The notes under the pieces are model-generated. The model made no database searches, had not been told where the DNA came from, and saw only the letters and a program-made list of their open reading frames with translations. From assembly GCF_003918875.1 (NCBI RefSeq), contig NW_025767503.1, positions 310,001 through 374,000 on the forward strand: a stretch of 64,000 nucleotides of DNA, given 5' to 3'. Shown piece by piece: positions 22,108-33,915 of this stretch (position 1 is its first letter; every line of letters begins with the position of its first letter). The position numbers and the translations under genes were made by a program. The DNA comes from Haliotis rubra. Taxonomy: Eukaryota.

Positions 22108-22193
22108 GGTAACATGTTATATTTGGGATTACACTTTCTCAGTAGAATACAGTTTCTGTTCCCATCTGGGATTCAAACCCACACTCTCAGAGT
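22108..22193 (-). mobile_element. Family E fragment
   Basis: GGGATTACACTTTCTCAGTA..GGGATTCAAACCCACACTCTCAGAGT is the reverse complement of the 11.7-kb copy. Confidence 0.7.
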
Positions 22194-22415
22194 ATCTTAG
22201 TATCATCCACAAATGTTTGCAGATATAGAGAAAATTGATTTTTGTTTATGCAGAACTTAACGAAATGTTGTATTATGAAACATGGATATAGTCAGATATT
22301 TCTGACAAGTAGTTCTTATGTCTGCCTTTATATCTTCCAGTTCATAAGGATGCACAGTCATAAATGCTGGGGTCGCCATATATATATAAATGATCTAAAT
22401 CTATTGTTTCCTTAA

Positions 22416-23830
22416 AGGTCACATGCAACGTAAAACACAACTTTGCAGATTCTGATACCTTTCGGTATGGACTTACCGAAACAAATCATCAAAAATGCAA
22501 ATTCAACTTATAAAGTTGAAAAATAACGCGATGACAAAAAACGCGCGAAATCGTAGTTCAAACGATTCACTAATTTTCCCCCAGCGTTCGGGGGGAATTC
22601 AAGTGGTTCCAACAGCTGGGCTGCGCTCATAGCACGTGCGCAGTGAAATAGGTTCGCGCAACTTGGAAGTGGGTTGTCCGGTGAATACGCTGTGAAGGCT
22701 TTGGTGTGAGCTATTTTTCTAATGTTTTGTTGATATTTCACAGGCGCGAGCTTTTTATATGTTATGACAGTAGATTACCGATTTAACTGTTTATATAATT
22801 TCATTTGTCTGTTTCACCACACGTTCTTCTTACCGAGTCACTTTCTCAGTTCGATACTTAAAGCAATGTCATTATTTAGCGTTGACAGAATTTCTAACTG
22901 TTATATAGATATGTCGTTGTCACATACAAAACTCAATGTCTTGTTTTATTGACACCTGTGTGTCTGCCTGCCTGTCTGCTAATGACAATATCCAATACAC
23001 AACTGCGATCACTGACCACATGCAATTTGAACTTAACACCAATCAGGCTATACACCATAAACAAAATGCATTGATTTATGGCCCGAGTTCGGTCTCTGTC
23101 ACATTATGCAACTACACAGACAGGCAGGTGTGATACTTGAACACATGACATGTTATGATGTCTGTTGATTGCAAAATGTTATACACAAAAAAATCAGCAT
23201 GTATTTACAAAACCCAACATCTCTATATATACACACACAATGAGCCGTGAGGGCATCTGCAAATGAACCAGCCGTTACACTTGAGTGCACACCCACCCGC
23301 TCTAACTGGGTTCGGTATCCCGGCTGCTTCGTTTCTTGGGAAGTAAACCCAAGTACACAATATTGCACTTTTGATTTGCGATTGTACGCTTATAATTTTG
23401 TTTATATGGGTTTTTTTGGTGTTTTTTTAGGATGATTCAATCTTTATTTCGTACTGAAGAGGCCACAGGCCTTTAGTACATATACATATATAATGGGGAA
23501 TTACATAAATAAATATATTTACATTACAGTGATAAAACTTTTGTTCTATACAACATTGCAATGTGGATGAACATGGCAAGATTTTGTAATATATTTTGAT
23601 TTTTACTGCTTATAAGGGTAGAGAATTTTATGATGCTTGGGTGGATATAGTAATTTCTTTTAATGTATTTACATCGTATTGAATTATATGATGGACAGAT
23701 GAGGAGAAAGTGATATTCATCTTCAATTTCATTTAAACGACATAACCATAACCAGCAATGTATATTATATGTCATGAATAAGTGATAATTGTGTTTTAAT
23801 AATGTTTGATTTTTTGGTTGCATGTGACCT
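22416..23830. mobile_element. Kolobok-type non-autonomous DNA transposon
   Basis: Perfect 14-bp TIR AGGTCACATGCAAC and TTAA TSD (22412-22415, 23831-23834); an empty-site copy exists at 26854-27087. Confidence 0.92.
23432..23745 (-). mobile_element. 3' fragment of a LINE (RTE-X-like) nested in the Kolobok-type element
   Basis: CRLNEIEDEYHFLLICPSYNSIR zinc-knuckle region, stop codon, 3' stem-loop and AATAAA on the minus strand. Confidence 0.85.
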
Positions 23831-24699
23831 TTAAGATTACATGATATAGCAACCCAAAACATGCCATGCAGATATTTCTAATTCTAAAGGTAACACTTAT
23901 GGCATAGTTAAAACTGAAAATATATTCAAAATATTTTCAAATGCTCTTCACATCATCGCATGATCGTCGAGAAGGGTAGATATTATAATATTCCCCGAGA
24001 ATTGAGGATGACTGCCACATTTTTCCCTTGCTACGCAGACTTGAGGTCTATACATCTGCTTCAATATAACCATTCATATCTTAACGCTGTAAAGTTAGTT
24101 TGTTTATGAATACTTCTTATACAAGTCATATTCTTTAACTTCGTTTGTATATCCTCCATGCTTCTGTAGCAATGTGAAAAGGAATCTCAATATTTGAAAT
24201 ATATGATCAATGTCGAAACAGTCCCTCCATGGATTTCAATGTACTTTTTAGTCCCTTAAGATCACTCCTCTGATGAGACCTCGTCTATGTCAGTGACAAA
24301 TGTGATGTGAATTAGTTTCACCTGCCCCGATAGTAATGCACTTTAACTGTTTGAGGTAAACGCAAAATGCTAAGGACAGAATTGCACTAATCACCTGAAA
24401 GTAATTATAGTATGTTGAGAGCTGCGACCCTTGAAACAAAACCCTTTACGGGTTTAACCTCTGTCGTAGTGAAATATTTGTACTGAATTTGTATTGCCAT
24501 GTGAACTAGGTTTATTTTGAATTACAATTGTTAATTACAGCACCTTTATTTGTTGTTTGTTGGTTTCATAACTATTTCTTTTTCGGGCTGTAGGATTTCC
24601 AGCCCGCAGACGTTACAGACATAGCGCCTCCATCTAATTAGACTGCTTCCATGGCCAAGACAGCCGGCGCTGTACACAACAGTCGTCATATGACAGACA

Positions 24700-26400
24700 A
24701 AATAGTTTATTTTTGTGTCACGTGAATGTACATGTCAAAAAATGGCAACGGTAAAAAGACATAGTAAAATACAGACACCAGGCCAGATGGCCAATGAGAC
24801 ACACTAGACAATATGTGCATAAAATGTATAAAATATAAGATTAAAACATTAAGGAGTATCACTCATATGAAAGACCTAAGGAAAAAGAAAGAAATGTATA
24901 GGGATGATAACTTACGCAGATACATACGGCTAACTAAAGCGGCCAGTGGATTAACAATAATTTCTGTTTGTAAGAGGAATGTAGCTTGTTCAGTGTTTGA
25001 TAACTGAGCAAAATTTGGGTACAAGATACTAGTTTTTCTAAACAGATCATACCGAAGATCAGAATAATAAGGACAGCTAACTAAGAAATGGACTTCGTCT
25101 TCGACAGCCTGACTACTACAGTGACGACAAAGCCTGTCTGCAAGTGGCGTCGCAGGACGAGAAAATCTACCACGTTCTATTTCTAATGGAAGTGTACCAC
25201 AGCGAAGTTTACCTAGAACGCTACGGTGCCATCTAGGCAGTGTAGCAGTTATATATGGTTCTGGAGTAACAGTGTACTTAAACTGTCTACATTTGTATAT
25301 GTGCGTAGCTTATTACCGTTGGGATTACCCTGGTCATTCCACAATTCCCGTAGCCACTCCTGATGATCTAACAACTGTATATGTTGAAATGACAAAGTCA
25401 ATTCACTACTAGACATGTGTAGCATGTCATGCACTGGGAGTTGCAGCGATTGTAATAAAGATGACACTGTGTTATCCCATGATTTGGCTAAACGCCGTGA
25501 CCAGCTGCTAATAACAGAAGGCAATCTATCAGGTCCCATACGGTGCAACTTAACCCAAAAACGTAATACTTCTGTTCTTTGTTTTGACAAAGTACTAGTC
25601 CATCCCATATCACCCCTTACTGCCAAATTAGGGGTTTTGCTATTTACGCCAATGAAAAATCTACAAGCACGGTTCTGTACTGCACTTATACAATTAAAAT
25701 CCTTAGTTCCCCAGAGTGCTGCACCGTAAGACAGAATAGGTTGCACTAAGTTGTTGTACAGCGTATTAAAGACGTTATAAGCCATGCCTCCCACGGACTT
25801 AAACTTACACATCACCAATCCCAGCGCGCGGCTAGCAGACTTCGCTATTTCTTTAGCAGTGTAATTTAAATCAAGATTTTCCTCAAGCCAAAGTCCCAAG
25901 TATTTATAGGCGTTAGTATAATCAACATAATCATCGCCAATCATAAAAACAAATTTAGATCTCATAAACCGTTTAGGACGATAATGAATAACTTTGGTTT
26001 TCTGAATATTAACCAGAACCCGCCAGCTACAACATCCAACATTCTCTGCAATGACACCTCGTCAGGAGCGATAAGTGCTATGTCGTCTGCATATAATAAC
26101 AAACTGAGCCTAACATCATCAATTTCAATGCCACATCCTAAACTGTTTATCTCGTGAGCAAGGTCGTTCACATATATTGAAAACAACGTCGGCGACAACC
26201 CACACCCCTGACGAACGCCGGAGGTTACAGAGAAAATGTCTGTGTATTCATCGTTAATACGGACCCGGGCCGAGGTACTGTCATACATCGACTGAACTGC
26301 GTGTAAGAATTTCCCGTTAATGCCAAGCTGCAGTAGTTTATACCAAAGACAGTGTCTGTTTACCTTATCAAAAGCCTTCATAGCATCAATATATGAACAC
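24700..26400 (-). pseudogene. 5'-truncated, frameshifted LINE reverse transcriptase (RTE-X-like)
   Basis: DAMKAFDKV, GVRQGCGLSPTLF, LLYADDIAL, YKYLGL and C-terminal LPLEIERGR..RLCRHC..VEDEVHFLVSCPYY; minus-strand AATAAA at ~24706-24711. Confidence 0.93.
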
Positions 26401-26581
26401 AATATAGAAAACCCATGCATCGGAAACGAACGCTAAAAGTGGCACAAAGTGTCGAGGGCCAAGTTGCAATCCCAGCATATTTGATCAAAGTCATATAAAT
26501 ATAACTTTATTTGACCTTAAACTTGAATTTAACCAGTTTAACATTTAATAATCAGCTGCAAAGAGACAATGTTACAGTACG

Positions 26582-27367
26582 ATGACTTGGTTAACGCGTC
26601 ATCGTATCCCCCAATCGATGTTCATGTTGTTGATCGTACGATTGTCTGGTCCAGACTCGATTACTTTCAGACCGTCGCCATATATAGCTGGAATATTGCT
26701 AAATGCGGTGTTAAGGGACCGTTAATAATTTATGACTTTGGGGGGGTGGGGGTTGGGTGTGATGATGATTTTTATGGAGAAGCATGTACAATGTGACCCC
26801 CCCCTAAAATTTATGTACAAAGTAAGTGACCCCCCTGCATGTCATGTACAAAATCGCCATATATATATAAATGAACTAAATCTATTGCTTCCTTAAGATT
26901 ACATGATATAGCAACCCAAAACATGCCATGCAGAGATTTCTAATTCTAAAGGTACCACTTATGGCATAGTGAAAACTGAAAATATATTCAAAATATTTTC
27001 AAATGCTCTTCACATCATCGCATGATCGTCGAGAAGGGTAGATATTATAATATTCCCCGAGAATTGAGGATGACTGCCACATTTTTCTATGGAGAAGCAT
27101 GTACAATGTGACTCTCCTCCCCGTAAATTTTATGTACAAAGTAAGTGACCCCTGCATGTCATGTACAAAATCAATGACCCCTCCCCTTCCCATATTTTGT
27201 ACGCCTAATTTTTAAATATTTTTATGTACAAAGTTGATGACCCCCTAGAACATCTGTACAAAATTGATGACCCCACTACCTTCCCAGAACAACATAGGTG
27301 ACCCCCCTTTAAATAAATCATCATCACCCCAGCCATAAATTATGAACGGTCCCTAAACAACAAACAA
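26582..27367 (+). mobile_element. Family B SINE 3' part, interrupted in its tail by a MITE
   Basis: Removing 26715-27356 restores GCGGTGTTAAACAACAAACAA. Confidence 0.85.
26715..27353. mobile_element. PIF/Harbinger-type MITE containing captured local DNA
   Basis: TIR GGGACCGTT(A/C)ATAATTTATG, TAA TSD, internal TGTACAA..TGACCCC repeats. Confidence 0.88.
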
Positions 27368-28017
27368 TCTGGATGCAGTGCGTCAGTGTCCAGATTGGAT
27401 TAGATACTTGGAAGGATTTCCGGCCCTTAATTGATCCAGCTGGAGAGATAGACTGACACTATTTCATTTGCTCTGCGTCATCGACAACCATGACACCCTC
27501 GATCAACACAGATGATACATATCTATGAACATAACATGAACAATCTCTTCAAAAACAGATCTTGCATCTCCTACCACTAAATAAAATCTGAGGACATCAC
27601 ATTAGGGGTTAAGTCAGCACGACCTTCCACCCTACCACTCCCCCGAGCTTTCTCATAAAATAAATGTGATATACAGGTATTAAATTTGCATTGAATTTAT
27701 GTTATTTCATGTTAATGCTTCCATTCGAATCCGACAAACATCTAAAACATATTACCGATGCTGGTATGTAACTTGCATCTTGGAATCCAGTGATAACGTG
27801 ATAGTCCGATTTCGCATTTCTCTAAACCGTGTTTAGTGTGTCACTGGGAGAAATCCTCGAACGATCAGACCTGTCATACCTTCGAACAACCACAGTAACC
27901 GTGAGGAGATCCCGGCCAGCAACCAACCATGACCAGGGAACATACCTGTCCAGCACTTGGGACTAAATGTAATAATAATAATCTATGCTGGCTTCCATGT
28001 CTTCATTATCACCAATC

Positions 28018-28340
28018 GACCGCCTCCGTGGTGTAGTGGTTAGAGCCTTCGCCCGGAAGGTCGCGGGTTCGATCCCCGACCGCGTCATACCAAAAGACGT
28101 TAAAATATGGCATTAATGGGTACAAGAAGGACTGGTGGGCTCGGAGTCAGTATAATGTGTCTGAGTGGGGTATTCATGCTTCACAGCGGCATGGTATCTC
28201 AGTGGGCTAGCACTATATAAAACAGCTGAAGTCTGGGCTAGTACAAGCAGCCGCACATACACATACACACGCATGCACGTCGTCATATGAGCGAAATATT
28301 CTCAAGCACGACGTTAAACCCAATTTCACGTCACCTCACC
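28018..28340 (+). mobile_element. tRNA-derived SINE, family D (V-domain-like)
   Basis: A box TGGTGTAGTGG, B box GGTTCGATCCC, GTCATACCAAAAGACGTTAAAA. 15-bp TSD TCATTATCACCAATC (28003-28017, 28341-28355). Confidence 0.92.
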
Positions 28341-28393
28341 TCATTATCACCAATCAGTGCTATTATCCACCACCCCACCCCCACATTACGTAG

Positions 28394-28486
28394 AGGGTAA
28401 TGTCCGAGTAACTCTCCATTCCTTAAAAATAATGGAGCCGAGGCACATTATTTTTAAGGAATGGAGAGTTACGAGGATATTACCCT
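28394..28486. repeat. Inverted repeat with 41-bp arms and an 11-nt loop
   Basis: AGGGTAATGTCCGAGTAACTCTCCATTCCTTAAAAATAATG and a near-perfect reverse complement at 28446-28486. Confidence 0.9.
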
Positions 28487-28679
28487 ACTTAAATTACATT
28501 CGAAGTATTGGGAATATTTCTGTTATCAAAATTAAATGTCAAAATGACAAAATGAAGGTTTTATTTTGAAACTGGTACACATCGCTCCATTCCTGAAAAG
28601 TAATGGAGCGAACAGACAATGGAATGACGTCACAAATGTAATTTAACTATCAGTGATTGATTAGACTATTTACTCCTGG

Positions 28680-29612
28680 ATAGATAGTCTTTATTTCCTC
28701 CACAATTGGAGATTACAAGGGTACAGTTTAAATGGTTATGACAGGTTTAATGTACAGGTGATAGACAAGAGATTACACAAATAGATGTTTGCATTTATAA
28801 ATAATATCAGCAGCCAGGAACATTATGTTGCACCAGATATCAAAATCAATGTCAGCAGCACATTCTGGAAGACCACCAAGTAGAAATGTAATCATAACGT
28901 CATCATCGTTTGCCCACAAGTTGACAAAGCAATCTACATCGAGTATGTCAATGACACTTTCAAACAGTTCATTTCTTTCTTTCATATTCATACGGCAAGA
29001 TATGAACACATGCTTAATGATATCATGAGCAACTGTACCTCAACAGCATTCTTTTGATTGAAGTCTTCTTGATGCAAGTGAGACAATACGCGACAGCTGT
29101 TTAAATTTACATGGATAAAGTTGACATAACAGCCACAGTTTATTATGTTCAACAGATCTGATAGAGACATATCTTGATAGGTCGATTCGTCTCATCATAC
29201 GGCTGGTAAGGAGGGACATATCCATGCAGTGCACTTGCTCCAACACAGTACCAGTCCACTTGGATTTATTGAGTACATTGCCATTAACAACATATTCAGC
29301 AAAGTCATTGAAAAGATTGTACTTTTCAACCAGTCTGAACATATTAAAGCATGGTGAATAAAAACATCTTTTTGCGCTCATAGACTCACATTTGAATTGC
29401 GCGAGTCTGCCAATAAACACATGTTTAAAATAGTAGCAGCAACTTACTCTACAAAGTTTACCCATAAAAAGCAGGGATTGAGAGTCAATATGGGATTGTA
29501 TACTGATAAGCTTTAAGCTGTCCAGTACAACTTCATTTGGGGTTTGCTTGGGTAGACCTTGAACTTTTTTGCTGAAATATCTTTGGGGTATTTCCAGCAT
29601 TTCATATTCTTT
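28680..29612 (-). pseudogene. 3' fragment of a LINE ORF (post-RT region, RTE-X-like)
   Basis: LEIPQRYFSKKVQGLPKQTPNEVV..ID..L.F.GKL, a decayed Cys/His knuckle, and a 3' hairpin CTCCAATTGTGGAG plus AATAAA. Confidence 0.8.
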
Positions 29613-29619
29613 TGGTGAT

Positions 29620-30305
29620 AATTGACCCCAGGCATTACAACCATATAGTGCAGAGGGTAATATTACGCGTCGAAATACTCGTACAGCAGCCAGCGGATTT
29701 AAGCCTGCTGATTGCTAATCAGCGCCAACTAACTACTGGCTTCCATTGTGTAGTGCCCACCATTGTTATCTTATTACTGGCGTTGTTCACATGTAGGTAT
29801 CTTCTTGATCACTTGATGATGAAAGAGGAATGATATACTCCGAAACGTCGTGTTCCCCGTAAGAAAGAAGCTGGCATTGTGCAGCGCAATAGTGCAGTGG
29901 TAAGGCATCTGCCTATCACGCTGACGGCCCGGGTTCGATCCCGGTGGAAGCACCTAGGTTCGGGTCCCAAGGTGGGCAAATTTGCGAAGTATCCTTGGAC
30001 AATCCACTTTGTTTCAGTTCACCCAGCTGTAAAATGGGTACCCGTGAGGATCTGCTGGCAATGTGAGTGTTTAGTTCATTGCGCCTAACAGGCAGCATGT
30101 CTGTATGATCGCCAGGGAGTTGCAAAAGTATGGGAGAGTACGATATATAGTGTCCTATAACCGGGGATAGTCATGTAATGTACGTAGCGCCGTGAGCAGG
30201 CAATGTGCCTGGATATGAGCGCCATATAAGCGGACTATTACTATTACTATTACATCCATACATGTTCCCTTTTTATGTGAATCGCTTCAAAATGCCGCTC
30301 AAAGA
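29620..30305 (+). mobile_element. Penelope-like pseudo-LTR remnant with a hammerhead-like motif, split by a SINE
   Basis: GATCAC-TTGATGA..CTCC-GAAACGTC-GTGTTC, then AAAGAAGCTGGCAT[SINE]CATCCATA. Boundaries approximate. Confidence 0.5.
29879..30252 (+). mobile_element. tRNA-derived CORE-like SINE
   Basis: TAGTGCAGTGG and GGTTCGATCCC boxes; TCCTTGGACAATCCACTTTGTTTCAGTTCACCCAGCTGTAAAATGGGTAC; (CTATTA)n tail. Confidence 0.88.
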
Positions 30306-31084
30306 CTAAACGACGATAACCGACATTTTACCATCGCTTCAATCACTTGCTGTGACAACTAATCTCACTACGATCACATAACACCTGTCTGTGATTGCAA
30401 TTTGCAAGTTGGTTATTGACCTATCTGCCAACACCCGGGCAATTAATCAGTTTATAGAGCAACGGGCAGATGCAGAAATCGCTCGTTCCAAAATCGTTTA
30501 AGAATCTTATTCATCCAACCACTGTGTTTGTTCTTAACTGAATGTGATACATTGTACATAACTAATTTGACGCTTTGTAACTGGTTAGCTCAATGGCAGC
30601 TGCAGATTAGATTAAAAGCTTTGATATTCGCAAAGTCATCACATTGGCAAAACTTTAGTGGTGTTTTTTCTCCAATCCTATCTAGAGGTCGGGCATGGAA
30701 GATTGACACATTGTTTTTCCTTATGAAGTATACTTAGGAAATAATAGTTTTTTATAAGACAGAGGATGCATAAAAACATTATGCAATTATGCATGTATTT
30801 GGAGGACAAAGGTTTCATGAGATGGAAGTGGCACCAGAATTGTGGGTAGGGAACAGCACAATATGATATTAAAACCTGTCTGACAACCGTCACCCACAAT
30901 AAATGACGAATCGTTAAAAAGGGTGCACGATGTTTTCACATTTGAATTTTCTATACAGTCGTGTTTGTACCTTGGAGTACCTGTCCTATACCAGACAGTT
31001 GTAAGGTCAGCCAAACATTATACACAACAGAGAACTACATACATCATGGTAACCGTTATAAGGGAGGTAACTCTGAATGCGCAC

Positions 31085-31139
31085 CTGCCAGGTGGCGCTA
31101 AACCGGAATTAGTTAATGATGGCGGAGAGGTGAAGGTCG
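31085..31139 (+). promoter_or_regulatory. Candidate promoter / first exon: CTCF-like motif, YY1-like motif and splice donor
   Basis: CTGCCAGGTGGCGCTA (31085-31100), GATGGCGG (31118-31125) and TCG|GTAAGA at 31140; CpG-rich patch followed by CpG-poor DNA. Confidence 0.4.
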
Positions 31140-32626
31140 GTAAGATGAATCAAATATTGAAATGCATGAATAACTGACACTGTCTCCACTGGCGATTAGT
31201 GAAAGGAAAATGTGATAATGTGTGGATCGCGTGAGATCTTGAATGGAAATACGTCATAAGAGTGCGCCAAGTGTAAGTATAGACATGAAGGCAGATCACA
31301 CTGAACAAAGCGTTTGACAATCGCTCTTACGAAAACTGACCGGTAGCCTACATGTTGCTAATGTTCGTCATCAGTGTAACTTAGTAATGGTATGGGTTGG
31401 GCCCTTGTGTCTGGACGGCATTGTGGCCGGTGCGGACACGTGTTGAGCCTTCTATCTTTCTGATACAAACATACCAAAATGGACCAAAATGACCTGAGAG
31501 TAGAAAAAATATCATCTTTTTCACTGTAAATTGTCGTCTTCAAATACATAACTGTGTTGATTTTGCATTTTTAAAAGTCTTTTTGAGCTGGGCCAAGACG
31601 TCTGAGTTTCAGTGAATTTTCATTGAATTTTTATGAAAAATATGTCATTCCTTACTGATGATAGTATCAGCCCGTGGCGTATATTTTCAATAGATTTGAC
31701 AAATGTTTGTATTCAACAAGTCTGTCATAATCGACATATGACATGCCATGTTTAGGGAATTCAATATATCTCATGATACTTATACTCCCAACAAGGTCGC
31801 CTTGTGATATTTGATTTCTATATCTATATCATTTGCAATTGATCAGTCAGTAATTTTTCTTAACACCTGGCATCAAACAATTTAAGAAACTGTATAGGAA
31901 TGTATCAATTGGTGGTTTTGGTTATTCTGGTGTTCTAATTTAATGTTCAGATGGTAAGGAATGTTCGATTCAGATGGTTGGAAGTTTCATTTTTGAATAT
32001 TCTGAATCCTTATTTCAGAGTGCAGATACTGCCATACAAAGTACTTTATCCAGAGACTGTATTCAGCTTTCTTTCCAAACAAGTTGTGTTTCAGGTAGCC
32101 ATAAACATGATAAAGGAAACCTGCCCTGCTTGCATATTTAATAACTGACATAATTAATTACAAAAAACCTAACATGCCATTATTATAAGAGGGTATAAGC
32201 AAAAGTTGTGAGTTTTGTCAGTTGCTATGTTAACTCAGAAATATTTTAATGTTCATGGATAAAATTTTGTGTTCCTCTATCATCAGGAATTTATTTTAAA
32301 TGAAAGTATGCTGTTGGGTTATATATATTTAAGTAGTATATTTTCTAACTTCATTAAACCTGTTGACACTATCACTTATAGTTAAATATTATCCAAGCTT
32401 TGGATACAGGAAGTCTTTTAATGAATGTTTTTCATTTTTCTCTGCTGCATTTTTACTAGTAAAACAGTAATCTGCTAGGTAAAGGCACAGTCAAACTTAT
32501 GGCTGCAGGACAAGATAACCAACAAGAAGAGTGTTTGTGTTAGGAGAGAATCTTGAGCTAATTGTCAGGTCTTTGTTTATTATGATCTGTGTCAATCAAT
32601 CAGCCCAAACTTTGATGTGAGTGTGC

Positions 32627-32876
32627 GATGTTTCAAACAAATAGACTACAGCATGGGGACATGTTGGGAGACATCGCACATTGACAGTGGTTATGGCAAT
32701 TGATTTGTGTTTTATATATATGTGTGAGTGTGTTGTGTGTGTGGATGTTTCAAACAAATAGACTACAGCATGGGGACATGTTGGGAGACATCCCACATTG
32801 ACAGTGGTTATGGCAATTGATTTGTGTTTTATATATATATATATATATGTGAGTGTGTTGTGTGTGTGGATGTTTC
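32627..32876. repeat. ~119-bp tandem duplication
   Basis: GATGTTTCAAACAAATAGACTACAGCATGGGGAC.. occurs twice, plus the start of a third copy. Confidence 0.9.
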
Positions 32877-33077
32877 AGGTGGTTTATGCAGCCTTTTTAG
32901 TGATAATATTCTAAATGTTTGTAAAAGTTCAGTATTGCTTATGACATCAGAGGCAATTTAGTTCAGCACACACAATAATTCAAGAAATGGAAAAATACTT
33001 GCCATGGTGAATATGAACTTGATGTTTAATTTGTTTTTATTTTTTGTGCTTAGGAAAAGGTGAAGTTGTGACATGTA

Positions 33078-33200
33078 CTGGGCCCTTATTCTTAAAAAGT
33101 TTGTAGCCCTAAGAATTCTTAACTTTGATCGTAGCCAATTTGTTAAGAATGGGCTTAAGAAGTTTGTAGGGCTACGAACTTTTCGAGAATAGCTAGCCAG
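33078..33200. mobile_element. Palindromic MITE related to 17712-17820
   Basis: TATTCTTAAAAAGTTTGTAGCCCTA..TAGGGCTACGAACTTTTCGAGAATA inverted arms; CTG..CAG flanks. Confidence 0.7.
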
Positions 33201-33219
33201 GTTTTGATCTTTGTTTTTG

Positions 33220-33790
33220 TTAAAGGATAGGCTTTTTAGTGTCCTAAAGAGAAGTGTGGATATGGAATTATTATTGTCTGTTATATTTAATAAGCCTGCA
33301 GCCTCCGACATAATACCAGTCTTGATAATCTTGGAGTGAAGATCTAACAACAGAAGGACACTACCATCCTCACACAACTTAAATTCATATTCAGCAGAAT
33401 ATCTAGGATCTTCAGATGTATGTAGCCAATATTAAGTAGCCCAATGTATGGCTTTGTCATGTCAAAACTTGCAGTATTTTAGACCAGGTTCCTATTGTGT
33501 AGGTAAGGTAATATTTACAGTGCTTTTTTACAACGTCAAGATGTTCAAGCATCACAATGCTTTGAAAATATAAATGCTGAGAACAGAGCATGTAACTGTA
33601 ACAATTGTCTATCGGGTGAGTCACCCAACATAAGCCTATTCATGACGCACATGGTTAAAGTAGCTAAACTAAACCACTGCTTACGTTTAGACCTGGAGAC
33701 ATGTACAAGCATATTAGATGTGTTGATCTTGTAGATAAAGGCTAACATAATAATCATTCTGCTTTCCTTGATCCTGGGGACAGTGGTCAG
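33220..33790 (-). pseudogene. Decayed F-box/LRR-like coding relic
   Basis: IIMLAFIYKINTSNMLVHVSRSKRKQWFSLA (F-box-like), then across frameshifts KHCD/LEHLDV and HTLGYL/NIGYIHLKILDI (LxxLxL). Confidence 0.4.
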
Positions 33791-33834
33791 TGTGTCAGCA
33801 GCACAGGGTTGTTGGTTTCGTGTCTCCTTCAACT

Positions 33835-33915
33835 TCAATACAGGTCTCTTGTTACAGACCTGAGAGGTATTCAGTCAATACAGGTCTCTTGTTACAGACC
33901 TGAGAGGTATTCAGT
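33835..33915. repeat. ~40-bp tandem duplication
   Basis: TCAATACAGGTCTCTTGTTACAGACCTGAGAGGTATTCAG twice. Confidence 0.9.

Noticed and set aside
23452-23480. Hammerhead at CTGAAGA-GGCC-ACA-GGCC
   Set aside because: GAAA is missing after the stem; it is the antisense of the LINE 3' stem-loop.
23524-23862. 112-aa ORF as a gene
   Set aside because: A chimera of flank, Kolobok end and LINE C-terminus.
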